Below, piece by piece: positions 27,204 through 39,400 of a stretch of DNA of 64,000 nucleotides. Under the pieces are notes generated by a model that searched no databases, had not been told where the DNA came from, and worked only from the letters and a program-made list of their open reading frames with translations. Numbering within the stretch: position 1 is the first letter of the stretch; every line of letters begins with the position of its first letter. Both the position numbers and the translations under genes were made by a program. Source of the DNA: Selaginella moellendorffii (taxonomy: Eukaryota; Plantae; Lycopodiophyta). Where the stretch lies: the NCBI RefSeq assembly GCF_000143415.4, contig NW_003314287.1, positions 1,200,203-1,264,202 on the forward strand, written 5' to 3'.

Positions 27204-30056
27204 ATGTCCAGTGTCCCCACGCCTGCATCCGGATCGACACTTTCCCACCGACAATTCAGCGAAGACGCTCAATCTCATGGCACAGCCAAATTGCCAGCAG
27301 GAGCGGCGGCGGGAGCTTCGTGCCCGGAGCACGAAACTTCCAAAATCCGCGCGCTCAATCCACTGGCCAGAGAGTTTGTCCCTGGTATGTCACTCCTTTC
27401 ATTTCGAACGAGTAGAAATTTTCTAATTTCCTTGTGATTGTGATTTTACACATTGTAGTTGAGGAGGGATCTCCTTCTTCGCGGTCTCCGACCAAGAGAA
27501 CATCGGTAAGCATGATGATGCTCGTTTCCCAAACACCGAGTTTTTTTCCCTTTTCTAGAGTCGTGAAGGATTTCCTTCAGCACCAAGGAACTTCTCAGTA
27601 AGTGTTCAAGTTTTTTTTTCCCATAAAGCGAGGATTTGATCTGATTGCGTTTGACATGAGCAGGATCACGACGCCGCAGCTACAAGCTCCGAGGCAAATA
27701 GTGGGGTGAAGGAAAATTGGGTGGAAAGTGGCATGCCCCACAAACAGTCACAAAAGCTGCAAGAAGTAACAGGAGGACTCTCAGCCGCTCTTAAAGTCCC
27801 TCAAGCAGGAAAAAGTTCTCTCAAGATGGGACACGAATTTACTTCTTCTCAGCACTCAACCCAGCCATCATCTTCACGACGCGGACAGACATGGAACGCG
27901 AATCATCTACTTAACTTTCACTACGATCCCATCGTTCGACCGTCCCCAAGGCCTCCTCAGCGCAGGCAGCATCAGAAAGTTCAGGCTTACGACAAAGAGC
28001 TCTTCTTGCAAGCAAACTTTCGGTTCTTGGTCTCGGATTTTGGGGACTATTTGGAGAACAGCACTGACCCAGACAAGATGCTCGAGTGGGAAGACATAGC
28101 CATTGTGGAACTCTCGTCCTCGGTGGCTATCCAGTGTCCGATATGCTTGGAAAGTCCACCTCTGTGCCCACAGATCACGTCGTGCGGTCACGTCTTTTGC
28201 TTCCCATGCATTCTACGATACTTCTCCGACGCGGACCACAAGACTCACGTAAAGAAATGCCCGCTCTGCTTCGGCATGACTTCTCCTAAGGAGCTGCGCA
28301 CCGTCTACATTCACAACGTGAAGGAACACAGGCCAGGTGACAATGTTGGCTTTACGCTCTTGACGCGGGATAAAGGGTCTGTTATACCGTTCAAAAGAAA
28401 CGAGTCGAGGGGATCACCGGCTTACACCAAGGATGGACGTTGCCATCTGTACTCCAAGTTTACACTGACATGCGACGTCGAGATGACAACAAACAATGCC
28501 GTTTCGGAGCTCACAGCATGGGCTGAGAGAGCTCAGTCGGGCGATGACGAAGACATCGAACAGCTGCCTTTTGTGTTTGCGGCAATCGATGAGCTTAAGT
28601 CGAGAAAGGCTGCTTGGGACGAGCACCGGACGTTGGAGTTTATCTCGAGCAGCCCATCTGTAAGGCAGAGAATTATGGCTCAGGTGAAGGCTGGAATCAC
28701 AAAGCTGCCTGGAGAAGACTTCGAAAGTTCTAGCTCAGCTGGAAAACACCATGAAAAGCAGGAAGTGTTGGAACCGTCGCCGCCGAAGCAAGAAGGCGTT
28801 TATCACATCAATCCGTTCACTGATGAACGAGAGTTGGTTGATGTAGACAAGAAGCCAAAATCGAAAGATTTGCATCAAGAGGACGCACCAGAGGACTGGG
28901 AATCCATCACTTCACCTGTGAAGACCGCGACTTATAAGGACGCCAAAGACGCTAAACACGAAGAGACTGATTCTTACAGCTTTTATCAGGTTCGTTGTAT
29001 CATTGCGGGGTTTTACTGACGTGTTCTCTTGCAGGCCGCAGATGGTCAACTCGTCATTTTACATCCTTTGACAATGAAATGCTTGGTTCACCACTATGGA
29101 TCGTACACGTCTTTGCCTTCGAGGTAATTTCTCTTGCATGTTTTTCTATTCTGATTGCTTACGATGTTCCAGAGTTGAAGGGAAAATACTTGAGATGGAA
29201 GCAATGATTCAAACCGAGCTGTCGAGAAAACGATACCGCTATTTGAGTCATCTACCACTTACTAGCACCTTTCAGGTAATTTGGATATTTACAAAGTTAC
29301 AACAACAGATTATTCTGATTCTTAAACCAGCTGTGCGAGGTGGACCTCTCAAAAATCTTACCAAGCTCGTCACTGTCTCCCTTCAAGGATGAGCTACATG
29401 CTCGAGAGGTTCGCAGACAGAGACGCCTGAAACAGGTACAAGATTTGTTTCTCCTAGGCAGAATTGTCGAGCGAAATTTGCATTCAGGACAAGATGCTTA
29501 AATCTGCTGGGCAAAGACTTGAAGAGAAAGTGGTGCCACCATCTCCAGCAGACTACATCGCGATCATGAACGCCCTTCACGAAGACGAAGTTCCAAACGA
29601 CAGTGAGTTTGTCGGTAAGTCTCAAGTACAAATGCTCACACTCGAAACTCACCCGCCGGATTCTTCAGCCGCTTCTACAGCACCAGTCCCGGCCTCGTCT
29701 CCACCTGTCGACGAGAGGAGACTCTTCTCGAGGGTGGCCAAGCTCGGCTTTGCTTCTGGACACGATGCTCCGGATCTCACGAACGACGGTCTCTCCTCTA
29801 ACAGGCCACCGATCCAACAACAGTCGCCATGGAACCAAAAACAAGCTCCGGCTGGAAGCAGCAGCGGTGAGTGTGTTCCAATTCCTGCTCTGTTCGCTAA
29901 TCTTCCAGCTCGAACACTCTTGCAGGAGGAGCTTCCCTTTCTTTCGCGGACGCCATACAGAGAAAAGTGGAGAAGAAAACTCCAGAGGCTCCCTCGCGTG
30001 GAGCAGCCCGCAAAGGCAAAGTTTTACTTTCTACTGGCAGTGGAAGAAAGTACTGA
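27204..30056 (+). CDS. RNF10/Mag2-like C3HC4 RING E3 ligase with N-terminal PAM2-like motif
   Basis: NANHLLNFHY, YDKELFLQANFRFLV, CPICLESPPLCPQITSCGHVFCFPCILRY...CPLC, FYQAADGQLVILHPL, RKRYRYLSHLPL and a C-terminal VLLSTGSGRKY*. N-terminal LNPLAREFVP. Confidence 0.88.
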
Positions 30057-30195
30057 ATAGTCAATGTGTTAATATAAATACAAAGTGTTCAAAGGGTCAA
30101 TGGTGTTTATGGTTTTATTCTCGAATATGCCTTTGGAGATATTTGTGCTGAAAGATCAGCTTTCTTGGTTGCTCCAGGACAGACAGTGCACTCCT

Positions 30196-30365
30196 CAAGA
30201 GCTTGCATCCCGACTTCAACTACAGGTATAACAAAAACAAACTGTTTTCTAAACTGAAATCTGTGACACTCTCTAAACTGCCAACAATGTAGGCGTTTCA
30301 TTAAAAGTTTCAGACCTCTGAGAACGATGGCGACGAGGAGATCTATCCTCAAGCAGCCCCAGATG
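30196..30365 (+). pseudogene. Degenerate fragment of the neighbouring subtilase gene (exon-intron-exon)
   Basis: GCTTGCATCC..ACTACAGGTA..CTCTCTAAAC..CAACAATGTAGGCGTTTC..TCAGACCTCTGAGAACGATG..GGAGATCTATCCTCAAGCAGC is collinear with about 35179-35390, including the intron. Confidence 0.75.
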
Positions 30366-30958
30366 GTTTATTACAACAGTTCATAGTCTTCATGGCCACA
30401 TACAAAACATCTACTAAGCATATAATACTTTTGAAGCAAATACTAGGGCCTCCATAGTTGATATTCTATCCTCCACACTAGCATTCTGTTGTGTGAGCTG
30501 TGCATTCTGCTGAGCAAACTGTGCAATCTGCTGTGTGATCTGTGCAATCCTTGCATCTTGAACCTCCAATCCTTGCATCCTGACCCACTGTCACAGGTTT
30601 CACCATCTCCAACCTTGCTCTAGCAATGGGTATCATGGGAAGGCTTGGCTTGAGAACACGTTTCCACGCCTCTTCCAAGCCTCCTTGCCCTTGAGCTTCA
30701 TGCCGGCTATGTTCTCTCGCCTTTACGTTGTCCCAATGAACATCAGATGGTTGATCTAATAGAGCCCTAATGGCATTGACTCACCTTCCAAGAACCTGAT
30801 TTCACAATCAACAACACTCACAGTGCAAAACCCTAAAGTGATTGCCAAAATATCTGTTAACTGTTCTTCCCGAATATGCCTTTGAATATATTTGTGTGGC
30901 TAAAATATCTAAAGAACCCTAGAGCGCCGATGATAATGTGAAAGACCGGCAAGGGCAA

Positions 30959-32692
30959 ATGCTGATGGCGCAGGTAGTGAGCTTGCAGGCGCCAGTGCCG
31001 GGGATTCGCGCGGCGGGGGCGCTGGACAAGGATGCGCTATCCAAGCAGCAGCAGCAATGCGCGACCAATTTCTCGTCGCCAGGTTTGCGCTGTTCTTCCA
31101 CTCAGCTCGGGCAGGGCCGGGATTCGGCCGTGTGTAGGGCTAGGATAGGCAGGACATGGCCGAATCCCAACTACAAGCCACCAGAGGGCGATGGATGGAA
31201 CACCGGATCGACTGGAAGCTCGCTACCGTGGAATGAGGGCGGGGGAGGCGCTGCCCAGGCGGATTCTCAGTGGAACAACCAAAATGCCGCCGGAGGCAAT
31301 GGGCAGCAGCAGAGTGGCGGCTGGAACAGCAATCCGCAAGGCTCTTGGAACAATCAAAATTCTGCGTGGAACAACCCGGCTCATGGAAATCAGAGTTTCT
31401 GGAGCAATCCACCGGGCGAGCAGCAGGGTTCTAGTTGGAACAGCGGTCCTGGCTCGCAGCAAACTTGGAACGCTGGGAATCAAGGTCAGAACACTGGTTG
31501 GAACAACAACGATTGGAATAAAAACTCGTCGGGTGGTGGTTCTTCGTCTTCGTGGAACAGCGCTGCCAATGCAGTGATTGATGTCACAAACACCACTACT
31601 CCTGCTGCTCCCGCTCCTCCGGCTCCTCCCGCCGCCAACACTACCACTGGAACGGGATGGAACAACCAGTTTGGAGGCAGTCCTTCCCCGAGCTTCAACT
31701 CTTCCGTAGCAACGAGCACTGCTTCTACGACTGCTCAAAGTCCGATTCCAACCGGAAGTACGGCTCCAAGTTCACTCTGGGATACTACGCCGGCATCCGA
31801 TGCTCCAAAGCTAGGTGGTGCTACGACCGTCACTGGCGATGCCACCACCACTTCCACTCCGACCGAGTCTCCAGCAATCGGGGGCCTCGCTCCTCAGAAG
31901 CTTTACCGCGACGAAGACGGCTGGCCCAGTCCGTTGCTGGATCCCGAGTACAAGCCCTCGGACGAGAGCTTTTCGTCCGGGTCTTTTCGAAGCTCATCTT
32001 TCGGGAAAGGTGTCGGGAAGACATGGCCGAACCCAAACTACAAGCCACAGCCCGGTGACAACTACGTCTACTCGTCTGGCGGCTCTTCGTTTAGCAAATA
32101 CGGCAGCGGGAAGACGTGGCCAAATCCAAACTACAAGCCAGAGATGAGTGATGGTCGTGACAACTTCGTGTCCTTCAGCAAAGGAAGTGGCAAGACATGG
32201 CCGAATCCGAACTACAAGCCGCAACCTGGCGATCCTCCGTTCGTTAGTGGCTCCGGCAAAGGTGGCACTGGAAAGACTTGGCCGAATCCAAACTACAAGG
32301 GTGATGATCCGACTTATGTCTGGGGTGGTGGTGGCAAAGGCAGCGGGAAGACATGGCCCAATCCAAACTACAAGGGTCCTCCCCCGATTTACGTGACCGG
32401 AGGAGGCAAAGGTGGAGGAAAAGTTTGGCCGAATCCAGATTACAAGGGTCCTCCTGTCGGCCCCGAGTTCGCAGGATCCACGAAGAAAGGAGGGAAGACA
32501 TGGCCGAATCCGAATTACAAGGGAGACGATCCAACGTACGTAAGGGGTGGCAAAGGCAGTGGCAAGACATACCCGAACCCAAACGTGAAGCCACTTCCAG
32601 GAGAAAACCCATGGAATGCGTAAGTTCATCTGTTTCCTTTTCTCTTTCTTTCCTCTTGTGACCTGACGTGTTTGTTTTGCAGGCGGTGGTGA
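30959..32692 (+). CDS. Orphan low-complexity repeat protein: transit-peptide-like N-terminus, W-N-rich domain, T/P linker, about 9 GKTWPNPNYK repeats
   Basis: 561-codon open frame with repeats conserved at the protein level despite synonymous variation. A probable terminal intron 32620-32682 (GTAAG...TTGCAG) gives the C-terminus PWNARW*. The start is uncertain (ATG 30959 or 30965). Confidence 0.75.
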
Positions 32693-33004
32693 ATGTTAAG
32701 TGACTCAACGAGTAATTCTCATCTTTCTTTTTGTATCAGCATCGCACCACGTAGGTACGCATCTGAAGTTAGTCTTGGAACTGTATGGCCTTTAGTTCTA
32801 TCTGAATATCATTTGCTGTTTCTTATCCCGAGTTCTATTGTTGGTGTTTCTTATCCACTTTAAACTAAGGCGCTCGTACCTTGGTCTAAACTGACTAGTG
32901 GTGCCGAGTAAATCGTGGAAAAAATGTCGAGCGAGATTCCTGTAAGCCTTTTGTTTCTCAGGTTGGCTTGAAATTCTTCCGCGTGACCCGTTGCTTCTTT
33001 GTCC

Positions 33005-35838
33005 ATGGCCAGCTTTCGAACAGTAGCATTTTTCTTTGTTTTGCACTTCACAGCATTCATCGATGCAACATCAAAGGTGTAACTGTTTGCTGAATTTGTT
33101 TTTTGGTTCGTGTGTGCTTTATATACTTGTTTTCCACAGTCATATATTGTTTATCTGGGAGGGCCTTTAGAAGAGGGATACAATGTCGCTTATCTTCACC
33201 ACCAAAAGCTATCTACAGTTCTTGGGTACAAGTTACACTTCTTTCTTTACAAAATGAGCTTACTTTCAGAACCAGACACGAGCTTGCCAAGGAGGCAATG
33301 CTATATAGCTACAAGCACCTCTTCAATGGATTCTCAGCAGTTATCCCACCTGACAAGGTTGAGAACATTTCAAGTATGTCTCGAAGACTTTATTATTGCA
33401 AGTAATAACGTAGTTTGAATTGTTTTGCAGAGTTGCCTGGCGTTAAGATGGTCCTGGAGGACAAAGTGTATAGACTCCAGACGACGAATTCGTGGCAGTT
33501 TCTCGGTCTCCAAAATATGAATGGAACCGTTGCAAATGGAAAGATCCAGCAAACTAGAAATAACGGCGGCCAAGATGTTGTGATTGGTATGCTTGACACA
33601 GGTACGAATACCGTGTGATTGCTGTCCTTAAGACGACTTTTCTTGTGAATTCTTCAGGCATTTGGCCAGAATCGGCAAGCTTCGATGATAGCTCTTACGG
33701 TCCGGTCCCAGAAAACTGGAATGGTTCTTGTGTAAACACCACGGATTTTAGTTCCACAAGCGACTGCAACCGGTGAGCTTTTTCAACACTCCATTTGTGA
33801 ATGCCAACAGCATGTTATATCACACAGGAAAATAATCGGTGCCCGATTTTATTTTCAAGCCGCAAATGCGACGCAACAAGACGAGTCAATCCTGCTATCG
33901 CCAAGAGACACCGAAGGCCACGGCACGCACACGGCATCCACCGCAGCCGGAAGTTTTGTCAGGGATGCAAACTACCGCGGTTTTGCTCGCGGAACTGCTC
34001 GAGGTGGCGCGTATGGAGCTCGGCTCTCGATTTACAAGACGTGCTGGAACAATTTGTGCTCGAATGCTGACATTCTGGCAGCGCTTGACGACGGTATCGG
34101 GGATGGTGTGCAAGTTTTCAGCATCTCACTGAGCGGTGAAGGAGCTATCCCTGAGACAAAGGATCCACTGGCCTTTGGAACGCTCTATGCGGCCATGCAT
34201 GGGATTTCCATCGTTGCAGCGGCGGGAAACTATGGTCCTAAGTATGCCACCGTAAGCAATATAGCACCCTGGATGATTACCGTTGCTGCTACCACAACTG
34301 ATCGGGCCTTCGCCAGCAACGTCATCCTCGGCGACCTCTCGAGCTTCATGGTAAGGAAAACGTATTTTTTACAGGAGCTTAATTGCTTACTTCCAGGGTG
34401 AAAGTTTATCAGAAGCTGCACTGCAATCTGGATTCTATCCCCTCGTCGCGGCTTCCGATGTTTCCCTTGCGAACATCTCAAGGTAACTATCCGCTTGTTA
34501 CCCTTTGCAGAAGTTACTGTAACTTTGCTGTGATTGAAACAGTGACTTGAGCATGATGTGTATTCCTGGAGCACTCGACCCTCAAAAATCGCAGGGTAAG
34601 ATCGTCTTGTGTTCAGACAGTGGTGTTTCTTTAGTTGTGAAAGGAGTGGCTGGTGCACTTGCAAAGGCTGCGGGTTTGATCATTTACAACAGCGAAATGC
34701 AAGGCGAGACTTTAGAGGCTGTGAATTATGGCCTGCCTGCAGCAAACGTTGGATACAAAGCTGGACAGGCTATTGTTGCTTACATGCAATCGACTGGGTA
34801 ATTTCTCTCTATGCAATTTTTTGTGGTTTTAAGTTTGTCATATGATCATATTATCCTGTTGTTTTTTACAGGAATCCAACGGCATATATAACTCGTTCTG
34901 TGACATCAACTAGTGGTAGACCCGCTCCGGAAGTTGCTGCATTCTCTGGTCGAGGTCCAAACTTGGTTTCTCCAGAGATTGTCAAGGTACTTGGAAGCAG
35001 TTTACTCTGGAACTTTCAGCTAAAACTTCTTTCTTGGTGATGTAGCCTGATATTGCTGCTCCAGGAGTAAGCATACTAGCCGCGTACAGCGAATTTCACA
35101 AAACAGACAGTTATGTGGTCATTTCCGGAACTTCCATGTCCTGTCCACACGTCACGGGAATTGTAGCGCTTCTCAAAAGCTTGCATCCGAACTGGAGCCC
35201 AGCAGCAATTCAATCAGCTATCATCACTACAGGTAGAACACAAAGAATCTGTTTTGTATGCTCAAATCACTGACGCTCTCTAAACAGGCAAGACCACCAA
35301 CAACGTAGGCGTTTCGATAAAGGATCAGACCTCCGAGAACGATGCGACGCCTTTTGACATCGGTGGCGGGGAGATCGATCCTCAAGCAGCAGCAGACCCG
35401 GGACTTGTTTACGATGCCACTCCTGGAGACTACTTTCTATTCTACTGCCAAAAACTCAAGCTCCAGAAAGCGCCGGTCTTGGACGCGGATTGCAGAGACA
35501 CCGAAACCGAGTCGTTTCAGCTCAACTATCCCTCCATCTCGGTGTCTCTCAAGCCTGGCACGGCTGCAAAGATCACCCGCAGGCTAAAGTCCGTGATGGA
35601 AGGAACTTCTACGTTTCACGCCAGTGTCCGTCTTCCTACAGTGGCCTCGCTGACCGTCTCGGTGAGGCCCTCGGCTCTAAACTTCACCCAGCAAGGCGAC
35701 GAAGCATCGTATAAGATGGAGTTCTCATTGGTGGAAGGATTTTCCACAAAGCAAGCTTATGTCTATGGCTCCTTGACGTGGAGCGATGATCGAGGCTACC
35801 GAGTACGCAGTCCCATGGTCATCAAGCTGGAAGCATAA
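33005..35838 (+). CDS. Subtilisin-like serine protease (S8, I9 propeptide, PA domain), multi-exon
   Basis: Signal peptide [16 protein letters not shown]9 motif [13 protein letters not shown]. Catalytic motifs [25 protein letters not shown] and [12 protein letters not shown]-terminal QLNYPSI and YGSLTW. Confidence 0.93.
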
Positions 35839-36458
35839 GAAACTTATCAAGGCTCTTCTTTGTTCTTCTTTTCTTCGATTAAAAAACGATCGTGTGACAA
35901 CTTAGGACGCGTGAAGAACATTCCAACATTCCATTGTCTTGTTTGGAGCGTACGCTGTTTGATCCATTCGCGACGAAGGAAAGAAGCTCTCTTCTAGCTC
36001 TAGTGCGGTGTCTTTCGCCGGTTAACATCAAGCTAAAACTATGGGCTCCATGCATTATTTTACTAGGGTATTTAATGTAAGCGACCATTTGACGCCACAC
36101 GTACTAGCACAGACAAACGGTAAGATCGGCGTCTTTGAAACAGGAGTTCTCTCTCTCTTCCCCTCTCCATTCGATCGATCGAATAAGAGGCGCCGTCCCG
36201 CCACGTCCGGGCCTGCCACTGCCGCTGGGTAGCTGCCGAGCTTCCGCCGTGCGCCATCGCGATCGATCTGTTCCTTAGGTAATCCCTCGCAGTGTAGCTA
36301 CAGTGGCGAGAATGCGAGGGATTTAGCTTGCGTCCAGCTGCTGCCCACACGGCATTTCGCGATCCGGGCGGGAGCGTGGAGATTTCGGCAGGAAATGTAG
36401 GTAGGGATTGCGATCCGGCCTGAATCGGTGGGTCTGGGGTTGGGGATAGAGGGGGATT

Positions 36459-39400
36459 ATGGCGAATGGCGCGCCCATGGCGTCGCCGGGCTCGTCCGGG
36501 AGGAGGCTTAGCAGGACGTATACGAATGGGATGTTCTCCGGCGAGGTTCTCGACAGTGAGGTGGTTCCTTCGTCGCTTGCCCCCATTGCTACCATTCTCC
36601 GGGTCGCCAACGAGATAGAGCCAGAGCGGCCGCGCGTTGCTTATCTGTGTATGTCCATGATCTCGAGTTTTTTTTTTCGTTTCTTATGGGTGTTTTTTTT
36701 TAATCTTCCAGGTCGATTCTATGCGTTTGAGAAGGCGCATCGTCTTGATCCTACGTCTAGTGGGCGAGGCGTTCGGCAGTTCAAGACAGCTCTTTTGCAA
36801 CGCCTTGAGAAGGTCTGAAAAAATCATAAAAATGCCAAAGACAACTCTGTAACTTTTGTTTGACAGGATAACGAGAGGTCGATCAGAAGCAGAGTGAAGC
36901 GCAGTGATGCACGAGAGATTCAGAGCTTTTACCAGCAGTACTATGAGCAGTATGTCAAGGCTCTGGATGGCGCTGAACACGCAGACAGGTATTCTTCGAA
37001 TTTTTCTCTTGTCGTTTCCTTCTAACAACATGACGCACTGTTTGTGTTATGTCAGAGCCCAACTTGCAAAGGCTTATCAGACCGCAGGAGTCCTCTTCGA
37101 GGTTCTTTGTGCTGTCAACAAGACTGAAGAAGTTGCCCCTGAGGTATTGCTTAAGACAGCACTCTCGTGCAAGTTACGCTAACAGGAAACATATAGATTA
37201 TTGCAATGGGTCGAGACATCAAGGAGAAGAAGGAAATATACGTTCCGTATAATATTCTCCCGCTTGACGTTGCAGGCTCGTCACAAGCAATAATGCAGCT
37301 TCCAGAGGTGCACTTTCGCTTTTGTTTGGCACTGTCTTGGAAGTTTTGTTTATTCATTTTGTTTTCAGATCAAAGCCGCAGTCGATGCGTTGAGAAATAT
37401 TCGCGGGCTACCATGGTCAGCTGCAACCAAACAGTCAAATAAAGATGTTATTGATTGGTTGAAGGAGAAGTTCGGCTTTCAGGTTCTATCATCTCCTTGC
37501 AGATCATAATGTAGGTGTTGACGCTCATCTTCCACAGAAAGATAACGTCTCCAACCAGAGGGAGCACCTGATTTTACTCCTTGCTAACGTTCATACGCGC
37601 ATACAATCAAAGACTGAAACTATGAATAAGGTCCGATATCTTAAGCACCTTTTGAATTGCACATTTAACAGCGATTTTGCAGCTAGAAGACCAGGCCATC
37701 AATGAGGTCATGCGCAAACTTTTTAAAAACTACAAGAGCTGGTGCAAGTTTCTGGGACGCAAAAGCAGTCTTACGTGGGTTTACTTTCTCCTTTTTTTTT
37801 CTTGACAACTATAATAATGTGCAGTCTTCCGGATATTCAACAAGACATCCAGCAACGCAAACTCCTATACATGGGGTTGTATCTTCTAATCTGGGGAGAA
37901 GCAGCTAATCTTCGTTTCATGCCTGAATGCCTCTGCTACATATTTCATAATGTAAGTGAACTGAAACAATTTGGATGCGATGATGATAAATGATGGTCTG
38001 TAGATGGCTCTAGAGCTTCACGGGATGCTGGCTGGTAACGTGAGTTTCGTGACTGGTGAGAACATTAAACCTGCATATGGTGGTGAGGACGAATCCTTTC
38101 TTCGCAAGGTTGTGACGCCGATATATGAGATCATTCAAAAGGTCTGCTAGTACTTTTATATGTAATTGAAATTACCTCTGTACTTATCTCTAGGAAGCTG
38201 CGAGCAATGAATGTGGTACAGCGACCCATTCATCCTGGCGAAACTATGACGACCTGAACGAATATTTCTGGTCAGATGATTTTTCTTTTTTTTTCCAAAG
38301 GTTGACAGTCTTGTAAGGCAGGTCCGACCACTGTTTTCGCTTGGGATGGCCCATGCGCGCCGATTCGGACTTTTTCGTTCCGCCTTTGACAACAACACCA
38401 TTTCAGGTGTGCTGTGATACTTATTCTGCGATGCTTCATAGAGATTTATGCAGACAATCTCCAAGAAGCCGGTTACGAGGAAGCTAAACAAAATCGGATT
38501 CGTAGAAATACGTTCCTTTTGGCATATATTCAGGAGCTTTGACAGAATGTGGACGTTTTATATCTTATGCCTTCAGGTATTGTGCTTTACTTTCAGCTTT
38601 GGCAGCTAGAAGGCGAGTCTCTACAGGCAATGATCATTTTGGCTTGGAGCAAAACAAATTCGCCATCTGACATATTTGAAGACAAGATGCTTAAAAAGCT
38701 TTCGAGTATTTTCATAACGGCCTCAATTCTTCGTCTTCTGCAGAGTAAGACTTGGCCTAACGCATGAAACGTAAAATAATTCATCTGTGCAGGCGTTCTC
38801 GATATTGCTTTTACCTTTAAGGCCTCTCGAAACATGCGATTTACGGGAATGCTGAGGCTCGTCCTTAAGTTCGCTATATCTTTAGCCTGGGTGATTACTC
38901 TTTCCACATTATATGCTCATTCGTGGGAGCCAAACGGATTGATGAAATCTGTAAAGAACTGGCTTGGACAAAACTGGAGGAATCCATCGCTATATACTGC
39001 TGCTTTGGTTTTGTATCTTCTGCCAAATTTTCTGGGAGCAGCCTTTTTTGTCTTTCCATTGTTGCGAAGATGGATCGAAAATTCTAACTGGCGGATAGTT
39101 CGCTTAATGCTGTGGTGGTCACAGGTAAGCTGCTGCTTTCTCGTTTTTGTAGCTGATTGACACCTGATCTAGGTCCCACTGTATGTTGGTCGAGGAATGC
39201 ATGAAGACCAGTTTACATTGTTCAAGTAAGTACGAATCATCGCCGACATAAAACTTAAGCTCTTTTGTTGCCAGGTATACAATGTTTTGGATACTGCTCG
39301 TTATTAGCAAACTTCTGTTTAGTTACTACGTTCAGGTAATTTAGATAGACTACATCTTGTTTACTGGGAAGATGTCCATGCAGATCAAGCCTCTGGTGGA

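Noticed and set aside
32000-32580. Calling the repeat protein a P-loop NTPase, calreticulin or an Argonaute-hook protein
   Set aside because: The GxxxxGKT matches lack the flanking strand/helix and Walker B. There is no lectin domain or ER retention signal, and there are too few GW/WG dipeptides to call an AGO hook.
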